64,000 bases of DNA, from positions 1 through 64,000 of the forward strand of contig DF237377.1 in assembly GCA_000708835.1 (NCBI GenBank). Direction: 5' to 3'. Numbering within the stretch: position 1 is the stretch's first letter; every line of letters begins with the position of its first letter. Under the pieces are notes generated by a model. That model made no database searches and was not told the origin of the DNA. It worked only from the letters and a program-made list of their open reading frames with translations. The translations under genes and the position numbers were made by a program. Source of the stretch: Klebsormidium nitens (taxonomy: Eukaryota > Plantae > Klebsormidiophyceae). Below are positions 52,715 to 64,000 of the stretch, piece by piece.

Positions 52715-54357
52715 ATGTTAATGTGAAGAGTCTCGTCCAAGGCTCTAAGCTCTGGCAGTGGTTTCAAGGACATCAGCTTAGCAACGTCCTTACTTGGGTA
52801 CCCAGGTTTGATCTGTTGCCGGAGAGAGCATCGTTCAGAAATCAGGTCCGAATGTCGGCTGTCAGGCGATCTAGAAGTAGTTGCCGCATGCCCGCTTGTT
52901 CGCTTGGTAGAGAACCTGCTCGCATTAGCGTTAGCAATCTGAGTAAGTTCACTACGGCGTACTTCGCCGTAGGACCTATGCCGGCGACCAGCTTCAGCAT
53001 CAGAGAGCAGCGACGATACGAAGTTGAACAAGGTCAAGTTGTCTTTCAAGATGTTTAGCAGATCTTGATGTTGATCAAGATGTTTAGCAGGTACTCCGAC
53101 TGTAAAATAATAGATCAACCTGTCCTATGATCTTCTACAACCGGGTGGCCCCAACATACAACTGCCATGAACTTCGGTGCACCGTGGCATGTCGGCTAGG
53201 ATGTGATTGCCACCCTGTTGTATTCGATTGATGACTTGTTGGCGCTTTTTCAGCCTTTGACATCTTATCCTTTTGTATGTTCAAATTTCAGTGCAGATGC
53301 ACTCTGAATACATGACCCTACTTGTCATCACACTGCCACTGCGCAGTATTTTCCAATCTTCTTCGACCGTCCTTGTATGCTTGGTCAACAATGCTGGCAC
53401 GATCCGGAGGTCTTGAAACCTGACTCAATATCAGGCGGCAGCTTGAGAATCAAGGCCCAGAGCTGGCACGTGACCTCGTGAGTAGAGTTGACATGGAACA
53501 TATATGCGATGCATATGATTAATACCAATCTAGAGCTGATTGTCGAACCGTAATTACGATCTTCATGTCGCTGGCGGCAGCTAGAATCACAAAAGCCTTG
53601 ATCAGCACTGCTCAAGCACTTAAGTTGCTGTTGCTCCTTTCATCGTGATGTGCCATGCAAGCCTTGGAGCTAGACTGAGATGCATGGATGAGCGTTCAAA
53701 AATCAATGACTCAGGCTTAATTTCATCACATGTGTACTCCTGAGTCAGGCGTGCGCGCTTGCGCAGGCGGCCGCCGTGTGCCAAGCGACGCCGCGCGGTC
53801 TCGTCATTTACCGGGCGAGTGCCGCCGCCAGCCGTTACCGCCCATGACTCTATCCACTTTACTCCAGACACACGCAACCCGGTTCCCGGCCAGTCTCGGA
53901 GAACCGGCAGAAGAGGCAGCCCCGTTACCAGCGACTTAGTACGGCTCCGGTCACGTACCGGGATCGTGATCTAACTGCTTGGGGGATCATCCTGCACCTG
54001 ACATGGCCGGGGATCCCCACATGATTCAATCAGCCCTTGATTGTAGGATGGTACCCAAGGACTTCGAGCAGCATGGCGTCAAGCAGATCACAGAGCAATC
54101 AATGAATCATGTCGTGTGGGACCTCGGCACAATGAGGCAAGACACAAGCTGAGGCAAGGGTTTCAGCCAGGGTTTCTGCAGCTCTAGCTGCTAGTGCGCA
54201 GCAAGCCTGGTCTATCGAGTTAGCTGTGAGGAAGGGCTAAGTACAGTCGAGTGGCAGGCACAAGGACCCAAGGGCCAACAGGCATTCAAAGAACGTCGTC
54301 CTGAACTCACAAATCTTGTCTCTACCCACCGGCCCATCTTTTGGGGCCACTCTGACA

Positions 54358-56850
54358 ATGGACGATTTGGTGTCCTTTGTGGACACCATACTTTCTAGCC
54401 CGGTCAACCTGACAGGTGGCAGCTCTCAGGCAAGTGCTGGCAGTGCACCGACTCTGACCCCGGGGCTTGACCCTGTTGCAGCGCCTCAAGAGTACCTGGA
54501 ACGCTGGGCTGATGAGGTGGCAGCCCTCCGGGCTATCTATGATTCGGACGTTACCTGCATTGCAGAGGGGGTGGTCCGGATCCGGCTGCGTCCGCGCGGC
54601 CAGGGGGATCCCTCTCTGCAGGGCGATTTTGAGCTGGTTGACAAGCACACGGTCATGCGGCGCGGGGGTGCGGGGATCGGTGACAAAAAGGGGGGCAGCG
54701 TGAGGGAGGAAAGTGGGGGGGTGGAAATGGTGGAAAAGGATGGCGCTGAATATGGGTCAGCAATTCTGGGGCGGGCAGCAACGGAATCTGCGGGGCTGTG
54801 GATAGCTGTGGCTCGCACCGAGCGCTACCCCGACACCCAGCCCCTGATTGAAGTCCAAAACCAGGGTGCCATTTCACACCGAGCGGAGGACGAGCTCTAT
54901 GACTCGCTGCTGTTGGCTGCAGCTAGCCAGCTGGGCAGCGAGACTATTTACACCCTCGTTGAGCTGGCGGTGGATTTTTACACCACTTATGTGGAGGCAG
55001 CGGCCGCCCGCCAGCTGGCAGCCCAAGTGTCAGGCGTAACTGCAGGGATTGTTGGTGGAAAGATTGACACAAAGGAAGAGATTGGCACCACAGAAAGTTG
55101 GACAGAGTACCGGCCATCTCCATTTGCAGGCGGTGTCATGGAAGTGTTGGGAAGTTTGCCTAAGGAGATTGGGGTGCTGAACATTGAGAACGTGCTGCGG
55201 CAAGACCTGGCGGAACTCTTTGTTGAGAAGAGGGAGGTTCTGAGGAAGAAGCACCCACAGCTTGCAGTAGTAGGGATTCCCAACCCTCCTTGTTGGTTGT
55301 CAAATCTACCACTGGCTTAGAGTGATCCTTGTCGACCAATTTTATATGTTTGGATGAGTGTGGTTCTGGTGCAGAAACGAGATCAACGGTATTGATGGTC
55401 CGCAGTAAGCATTTGGCGTTTTCGGTATCAGACTCACTTGATGGTCATTATGAAAAGTTTGTGACAAGGAGCTTCTTGTCCTGACACGCTTCATGCCAGC
55501 CTTGACAGGTGATGTCCCAGACAAATCACATCATTTTCCAGTGCCCGTGAGATGACGAGTCTTTCGTAATCTGCAAAGGTCACCTTCTCCTGGACGTTCC
55601 ACCTTTCTCTAAACGCCTGCGCTTGTACCAGAGGCCTTCAGCGCTGGAAGTGTCTTTGCTCAAGACAGTAGTCATGACGTCGACAGTCACCGCCAAAGAA
55701 ATGCAGGCCCTTCTTCTGGCAAAAGAGTGGCAAATACCTAAGGTTATTTGGATTCTGAGCTGAAAGACTTTTAACATCAGTGGACCGTCTCCACTTGCCC
55801 ACAGGCCAGCTGACGTCATATCTGCAACACTCACACTGCGCTTTGTGTGACGCCCGCTGCAGGCTGCTGACGTCATACGGATGTTCCAGCGGGACTGCCA
55901 TGCGCAACGTCCCGAGCATTGTCCGTGAGGGGTTGGTGGTCCCCGGCAAGGCGTCTGGAGTGGGAGTGGCGAACGGGAGGTGAGAACAGAAGTTTCATGC
56001 CTTTAGGTGCATCCTTGGTTGGGGCTTAATGGTGGCCCCTGTGACGAGAAGATACATGATGAGAATTTTGGGCTCTTTTTCATTAGAGGCTTGTTCAGGT
56101 GAGGCTTTTGGCACTCGTGAGGTGGCGAATGGGAGCGAAGACTCGAAGTGTATCCGATCTTTCGGTGATCCGAGAGTCCAGTCGCAAGATCGACGAGAAG
56201 AAACACGAGCTGTGCCTCATAACCCTTACGGAAGGCCTTGTGGCTTCGGGCTAGCCGAGGATGTAAAGAGACGCGCGCTTCAAGTCTCCTGGAAGCAACC
56301 TCTTCTTTATCTAAAAGTGGAGTGATGCTGAAAAAGCAAGGAGAGCTAAGCGCCGTGGTTCGCACCTTCAGCCAAGGAATTGTCCCTTCTAGACCTGTCC
56401 CTTAGTATCAAATGTAACCTTCGCGCCTTTCGGTCGTTCTTTCATGAAAGGACCCATTGAAGTGCCGGCCACAAAGCCAGTCGACTCCCTTCACAAGCAT
56501 CAAACGTTCAAGTGTAACTGCGGACGGCTATCTCGAATCATAGTTGATTGAAACCATCAGAACCTTCCCCCGCGTCACGAACTCTAGCTTTGATGCCAAC
56601 ACCACGATCCGTTTTGTTTTGCAGCACCTTCGGCAAGGGCATCTACCTCTCCCCCGACTCTAGTTACTCCGTCCCCTACTGCTGGTCCGACGACGCACGC
56701 GAGCACCGTCTCCTCGTGTGCGCGGCGTTGCCCGGATGGCCTGAGAAGGTGACACGTGTCGTGGATCAACAGCTGAACGGAACGCGCGGCACGTACGACT
56801 GCCGCGTCAGCCCAAACGGACTGGAGTGGATCTTCTTTGACGCGGCTCAG
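54358..56850 (+). CDS. RWD domain + PARP-like ADP-ribosyltransferase catalytic domain protein (3' end unresolved)
   Basis: Exon 54358-~55269 has RWD motifs (DEVAALRAIY, YPDTQPLIEV, LGSETIYTLVE). Inferred micro-exon 55509-55540 + exon 55890-55979 give IIFHGTAMRNVPSIVREGL. Exon 56625-56850 gives TFGKGIYLSPDSSYSVPY...RLLVCAALPG...GLEWIFFDAAQ. Start and last exon uncertain. Confidence 0.72.
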
Positions 56851-57399
56851 GTAGGCCCTGCGCCCGAGTGCTTTATTCCAAGGGTGCATGTACTGCTGAG
56901 AAAAGAGAAGCATTTCCCATTGACAGGTCGCGATTGCCGGCTGTTGAAGAGTTCTTGACTAACATCCGCTGCAAAGAGGGATGTCGTGCGTTAAGAGTAG
57001 GCCTTGGAGCGTCTAGTCGAAAATTGTGGCCGACCATGTGACGCTGCTTGTTAATGCAGAGCAGAAGTTCCAATTACCTGGGGTCTGTCATTGCATCGCT
57101 TCGACCCTCGTTAAGAGAAGAGGCTGGCTTCGCTTTACGGTTGCCTAACAACGTGCAAATTTCAATCCTCTAATACTGTGCTGGCTCTTGGCGAAGCTTA
57201 CCCATCCTCTCAGTTTCTCTCTGCAAGCCGCTCTTGACTTGTCTACTTCCCTCGTTTCTTTAACGTTGGCACAACATATGGCCGCCGTTGACATTCTGGA
57301 CTCTTCCTTGTCGTTCTCGTCTGAGCTTTCCACCCCTCCATATTTTGGCGCCTGGATTCGCCGGAAGAGGCTGATCAATGGGCTCGGGCGTTAGCCCGC

Positions 57400-60300
57400 C
57401 GTTTGATGATTCGTAATGTTTCAACGACTGAGGACGATCCGCAAAAGCGACAAGGCCAGCTGTCTATCAAGGACGGCACAAGCTTGTGCATGGAAGCGGC
57501 TAGGAATCACTAGTGAGTCCTTTCGTTATACTTATTAAGTCTTCTATGCAAGGCTTTAGAGGTAAAAACTAAGGAAGATCCATAAGAGTCATGGGATTGT
57601 GACATTAGTCTCCGCTTTAAAGATGTGAGTCTCGTACCTCCCGCTTGACTCATCCTTGCCACTGACAGACTAAGAAACTGTCAGGAGGAACGACAGACAT
57701 GGGCAAACGGATTCCACTGGGCCATTTGTTCTCGTTGATTGTTTCAATCTTACGAGGGCCAACGAGGGCACCAGAGTTGCATGGCTGGCAACAACAGCAC
57801 GAAGGTTCGACGAAAAAAACATTTCTGACCATTGTTGACATTGTCCCCTCAATGATTTACAAGCTCAAACTTACACCCTGTTCTCTGCTAAGAAATGGTA
57901 CAACTGTTACTGGAGGTTCTGGTGGCTTCATCTCCAATTTCCGAGCTTGAGCGGAAAGAAGCTCATCATATAAACCCATCCTTGCCATGGGTCTCCAACA
58001 TCTCGTTGGAGCACTCGGGGAGCACTCTAGTGCACCCATTTTAAGTATTCCGGATCCTTTGAGAGTACGTTCCGACGCCCAACGAATGCAAGCTGCCCAC
58101 ACAAGCACCCGGCGCGCGCGAGGAGAGTATGCTATATCCAAGACGAAAGCACGTTGTCCGATCTAGGAACATATTTGACAAGAATCTGAAATCACGGCTT
58201 AACGGCGCGATCAAGGTGAGTATCTGGCTCATCCCTTGCGGCCCGCGTGTTAGTGACTCGCACTGATTGACATGCTCACACATGAACTACTCAATCTGAG
58301 ACTCAGACGTGATCACGCACTCGCTCAACACGAGAAAGTATGAACGATGTCAAGTCAAGCTGTAGATTCCTACGAACCTGCTAAAACCTTCCATGTCAAT
58401 CCTTTATACAGCCATGCTGTTTCACAAATTTATTAGATTCTATGATAACTGCGCAAGGGCGGGTGAGCCCAAGGTCGCGGCAAGTCTCCCTGCAATACTG
58501 AAAGCAGAAGGCTCAAACCACACTCGAGATTAAGCTCCTTCATGTTCTTACACCTAAGAATCATTAGGAGGCACACTTAGCCACCAGCTTCAGATCCATC
58601 GACGAAGAATCGACCACTTCATTCTGTCGACGGCCAGCAATACCTTTGAAAATGCACGAGACGAGGCGGGCATTCGACGATTTAGCCTGAGAATCGGCAT
58701 CAGATATCCGAAACGATATTGAGCTTTTCGCAGACACTCAATGATTCGGGTCATCGTTGCCAGCCTCGCGGCAGAACTGTCCGGTCGATAGGGATTATCG
58801 GTGGGCCTCAGAAACGAAGAAGCGATGTAAAACTCATGATCCAAATTACGGTGGTTGCTCAAAGAGAGATGTCAGAACGTTCACCGTGTTAGCTATCTTG
58901 AAGAAAAGTGCCAGACAGCTGGCGGCGAGAAAAAACGTCCAGCTGCGAGAACAAACGTGATCAATAGCAGCGGTTATTCCAGGAACGAAGGTAGTTCAAA
59001 GTCAGAAGACTATTCTGGAGTTCAACACATATGCGTTGGACAACGGCCAGGTACTCAAAGAATGTGCAGATTGACGTTATTTCTTAAAATTTTAGCAGAC
59101 TGTTTAGCTAAGCCCACACGAGGGGCTCGAAGAAGGGCCACAGATTGGAACCAGAACTTCGGCAAGTCGGTTGTAGGCAGGGCATGGAAGTATCCCTGTT
59201 GACACCTCAGAGCATGAGACAGGATCGGGCGTCAGCCCCGGTGATAAGTGTGAACGTCCTAATTGAGTGGCTAGAAGCACTCAGTGAACGGCTCATCTTT
59301 GCCTCCTATTCAAGCCCAACCAGCTATGTATAAGAATGACAGAAGCTGAGCCGTACAAGTGAAAGGCGCGTTACCGTAGGTCCAGAAATCAAATCTTTGC
59401 AAGAGTTCCGCTGGATTGACTCTGCTGTGGTCCGCCAGTGGTTAGCATCGAAACGAATTTTGTGTTCGAACATGACGACGTGGCCTCCGCTTCACTCATC
59501 CGGACCCCTCCTCAGCGAACAAAACGCTGAGAGGAAGGTTTCATTTCGACCTTGCCAAATTGAAATTCATCCAGATGCCCTACGCTAACACCCTTTAAAA
59601 CGCTGGACGCCAAAATGCTACCGCAATCAAAAGTCTGAGACAAAGCGCCGGACGTCAGATTTGAAGGTAAGGAGAGACCTGTACGTCAGATTATTTGCCG
59701 ATCAAGATTGGACACCAAACATGAAGCTTCCGACGAGGTTGTGGCTCTGCCAGGAATGCGCTTGATGAGAAGAGTACTCATACCAGAATACGGCTACGTC
59801 CTTGCCAAGCATGAAGCACTCTATGTGTTCTTTCCCGTACTGAGCCCACTGACTGAATGGAAGCTGAGTTTTCCGCCCACCCTGTCCTAAAAATTCGATG
59901 GGCTCCTTGTTCTTGGCGTTTGGCTGTGGCACGAGATAAGAAAAAGCAAGGCCTTGAAATGGGGCAGGTTACACGTGGGCTCTCGTTAGAGTTCTCCATG
60001 CAGGCCGCAGTTGTCTTTTTGATACAGGGATCGGCGTTCAGAATTTCATGTACTGAAAAAGATGACTGTAAGAGTCCCTCGCTAATACGGATTACTCGGC
60101 GCGCATGTTTCGTGACTTCGTCGGACGCCACGCCATGATATCGAAACTCTCGCTTTGCACGTATAACAGCAGATCAAGGGCTGGCGACATCTCTCTGCAT
60201 GCAGGCGGCAGCAGTTCGATCCTTGAATAAAGATACGCTACTTGGAACGGGGGTGAACCATGAGAGCGCGCGCGCATTTTCACATAGCGTCAGAGAATCG

Positions 60301-63300
60301 AAGAAGAATCAACGTTGGGCGCTTGGCTGCAGATGTTCATCACATGACCACCAGATTCACTCAAGGACCGAAGGAATCCTTTGATTCGAGGCGCTCCCAT
60401 TGAAAGAGATTGAAGATGAGGGGCTGAGGCGCACATTGAGATAGCTCCATCATATTTCCCCTTCTTATCATGGGCGCAAGCCCTAAAGGCGTCGTAATAG
60501 ACATCTTCGTCGCGGAGGTATCAAGTGTGCGCAAAATGAAAGAGTACCGATATCTGAACTCTGTGTTGTAGGATCCCGTAAGCGACTGATCAACGAGTCG
60601 GTCTGATTGCTGAAAGAAAGTGCACTCACAGAAGTAAAACTAAATTTATATCCTCGCGAACGGAGAGATGGCTTTATACGATAAAAAGGTCTTCAAAGGA
60701 GGCGCTGTATGGCATCGTTTTGGCCTACGTCAAAGAAAGAAACTTGGGTACCTTGACCCACGTTCAAAGAGTCACTGCAATCATACCTACAGTTCTTACT
60801 GCAAGGAACTATACAAGGACAGAAGCGCGAATGTGCATTTTGCGGATCGCTATGATTTAAACCCGCTGTCGAAGAAGCGAGGCAGACCAGGCCGCGTTTC
60901 GAACCTTTGATAAGACGCGAGCGGAAGCATGCGCATCTGGCGACCAGAAAGCGCGTACCGTCACGTTGATGCCGCCGCTTATTGAACGTGCTTTTGCAGC
61001 GCCTGAGAAGCTAAGTAATTAGCATCAAGACCTTGTGAAAGTCGTATGTGGGCTGCTTGACATAACGCCCTCTTTCAAATGTCGAACAAGTCGAAGCCGT
61101 TCTTCATATTGTCGAAGGCCGCCGGTTCGGGAACCGCGGAACTCGCTTTTCAAACAAAAACGGAACTTAAGTGCTTAACCGCCGCAGAGGAAGACGATCA
61201 CAGGCTTCCAATATGAGGGCGTCAAAGGGACTCGCATTTCCCAATTGCAAGCAATCAATGGTGGAAAAAAAGCTCCAGCAGGTTGTTTAGAAAGCATGCC
61301 AAAGGCGAGGACCTTTATTTCAGCTCTAACGGCAACCGTCAAGAGGCAATATCATGCCAGGAATCAACATCTGAAAGCCTCTCCTCAAGTCGTTCTGGAT
61401 CAGGCCGGGCTGCTCAGATGCTCAACTGCTTCGTATACATTCGCATGTGGCAGGTTTGCATGCAGCCGTAGAAAGGCCCGAGAGCTTGCACTTTCTCGAA
61501 GCTTGAGATTAACAGATAGATACATTGAAAGTGTGGTGGCATCAGAGCCCGCGCAATTCCCACTGAAGGAGGCCTTCAGAGGCCAGGCCAATCATTGCCA
61601 AAGGTTAATCTGTTATTGCTTCGATCGGCGACACGTCTGGGCCTTATTCAAGAACTCTGACATACACGTCCGCTTATGCAATCAACGCCCGCTATCAAAC
61701 GCCGCAGGCACAAATTGCTCGCAAAAGGTGCTAATAAGATTACACAAAAGATTGATTACCCAGTTTTCGTTGAATTTCGGCAGCATCGCATCAAGAGCAG
61801 TAGGCGAGAACGGAATGCCGTGTGCCCACGTGGCGGTGCTCACAGCAAATCGATTTCGAAGTCAGTCAAGGGCTTCGCATGCTTTTTGGCATCAGGGAGC
61901 ATTTCTCCGTCTCACCGCACAGGTGGGTTCTAGAACTCAAGCACGGCTCGTCATTGCCATTACGGTACAGCTTAAGTTTTGGAAATTTGTCCGGCACCAC
62001 CTTTCAAGACGTAAAACGCTCCCCAGAATGCAGAAAAGGTCTCGAATGGTGAGACGTGGCCTGTTTGATCCTCCCAATGACATTGAAATCCAGAAGCGTG
62101 CAAGTCGCGGAACTTCAAGTCCGGTCGTGAGTCATTGCCAGAAATGACGGATGCTCTCGTTGATGTTAAAAGCTCAGTATCGAAGACTTAGACAAATGGA
62201 GGGGAGAAGGCATCGTGACCTTTTTTGGCTGTGACAATAAAACGGTTGACCGTGAACACAGTCGGCGACGAAGACCAAGTGGCGGTTGGACCGGCGGAAT
62301 CGTCCAGCCGAGAAAGATCTGTGTAGCCCAAAGGCTCCTTTCCGACTGAGGTATACCATTGGAATTGCCAACAAAAGAAACTTGTGAACTTCACAGAAAT
62401 AATGTCAGGTAAAGCAAAAGCGACTAGCTTAGCAGGCAGGAATCCGCCGCCGAGCGCGGACGTAAATTAGAGCCGGCCACCAGAGGATTGCAGCTATATA
62501 TAACATTGCACAAACCACTGTAAGCAGTGTGCGCTTATCGAATCCGGTGTCAATTTTGCCAAGCGCGCGCGAGAGTGGATACAAGGCGTCAGAGCCTACA
62601 AGAAGCCCTCAGTAAGCGGCTCATCACTGTCTGCAGTTCAAGCGCTGCCAGCCTATAACGGTGAAGTGCCGTGGGAGAATGCGGGGTCGTGTCCCAACAA
62701 ACAACGAGCTCTCATTAAGCCACATCAGTTTCGTTGATCTGACATCGCTTTTGTTGGCGACCGGAAAAGTCGAGAAGGAGTCAGACGGACGCCAATTTTA
62801 CAGGGAAAGCTTTGCACGGGCAGAGGGCACAGCTGCGAGTAGCGTTTCCTAACAAAGTATGACGTCAGGGCAGTGACGTCAGAGTCATCTCAACGAGTCG
62901 AGACAGATATGAGTTGCAACTCACAAAGCGCTCGTCATCGCCTTACAACGCCCTGACTGTCTTTGGCTTTTCATAAATCTTCATGTCCTTTCATTGCAAG
63001 CCAATTCAGAATCCAGAGTGCACGAGGGGCATACAATAATCTCAAGGACTTCCGAGTCGCAACCTTGTGACAGGCTCCAGAGACTAGAAACAATGAACAA
63101 GCAATGAGGCGTCCAATGCCCCTCTTTGCTCTATTGTCCTTTCATGGCCAGGTAGCTAGTTAAGACCACACACCGCAAGAAGGACCTAAAACAAGCTCTG
63201 AAATCAGGGAAACGATTGCGAATTATGTGTGTCAAAAGCGGGTACATCCGAGCGTTCCGAACGCTGCGTCGTTTGCCCATTTGGAAACGTTGCGGCACTT

Positions 63301-64000
63301 TCCGTGACCCAACATCGAGGAGTTGATCCGCCTTGCCAGGACGACCTTGCGCCTCACAAGCGATTGCGCAAAGCAGCCAAACTCGTGTACGTGCTCCTTT
63401 GCTACGATGAAATTGCAAGCAGACAACATTCCGAGCTCCCGGCCCCATCTGACGATGAACTTTCACTGGCACGTTCAAGGGCCAGCATCGACATTGAAGT
63501 CCTTGGAAACAGAGCGACAGAGCGAAGGTTAGTAATGCACAGGGAAGAAACGGTACGCAGAACCTGTTGAAGAAAGTCAATCCGGGGATCTTAACTCTAG
63601 ATGCCTTCATGCTCCAAATTGATCTGTTCATGGTTTTGAAAGCACCGCGGGCTCGGCAGGCGGAATTACAAAGCGCCACACCTGAACTCTCAACTCGACT
63701 GGGTGCCAAGGACAAAAGATGTGGGCGGGCCATCTGCGTGGTCGTCTGCACGTTTTGTTTTTGGAAGACTCTGAGTGAATGCATGTACAATGACATCCAA
63801 AACCTCGGTCAAGACAACGTGACATAGCAAGAATTCAGGCTCTGGCTCAACAAAGCCCACGAACAAGCCATGATCGGCGGGATGCCGACAGACTCCCTTT
63901 GTCTTTCACAGCCAGACAGTGCCTTGGACATAGACAGAAAGCAACTTTTGAAACGCAATCCCTGAAGTGCCGAATTTGCAGTTGGCGCGTTCGACGTCGT
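57400..64000. pseudogene. Unresolved, apparently decayed coding-like region (possible old mobile element or pseudogene)
   Basis: Protein-like stretches broken by frequent stops on the + strand (e.g. 58561-59300, 60660-61200). I could not build a consistent spliced model or recognise a domain. Confidence 0.25.

Noticed and set aside
23660-56850. Two RWD-domain genes in one window as a possible functional cluster
   Set aside because: They are 25 kb apart, highly divergent and separated by unrelated genes; no evidence beyond coincidence.
61245-62147. 300-aa + strand ORF
   Set aside because: TTG start, Arg/Ser/Ala-rich composition and no domain; treated as part of the unresolved decayed block.
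62860-62881. TGACGTCA-N6-TGACGTCA, as-1/ocs-like element
   Set aside because: Spacer is 6 nt rather than the canonical 4, and no gene start could be assigned nearby.

Overview
Intron-rich eukaryotic nuclear DNA (~50% GC) with plant-type genes. It most resembles a streptophyte alga such as Klebsormidium (inference from gene content, intron style and a TTTTAGGG-like repeat). I assembled 12 spliced genes by hand with exon-phase checks: ARFB1-type GTPase (-), EEF1AKMT1/Efm5 methyltransferase (+), kinetochore Spc24 (-), IPUT1/PGSIP6-like GT8 (+), DUF1802 protein (-), RWDD1/GIR2 (+), a small unknown coiled-coil protein (-), a DUF4604/KIAA1143-like protein with an internal TPR domain (+), an RBM24/38-type RRM protein (+), organellar ribosomal bS21 (-), a DUF1749/UPF0613 alpha/beta hydrolase (+) and an RWD + PARP-like ADP-ribosyltransferase fusion (+). 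Ten of the 12 form five head-to-head pairs. Highlights: (1) recurrent tandem 'echoes' of exon-intron boundaries inside introns of four different genes, including arrays of 6 acceptors and 5 donors in IPUT1; (2) a U12-type AT-AC minor intron in Spc24; (3) an RWD-PARP fusion with an apparent H-Y-E triad. There is also a MITE-like family with a G-quadruplex core, an intronic telomere-like array, a 128-N gap and an unresolved decayed region at the right end. Most ORF-track entries are spurious.
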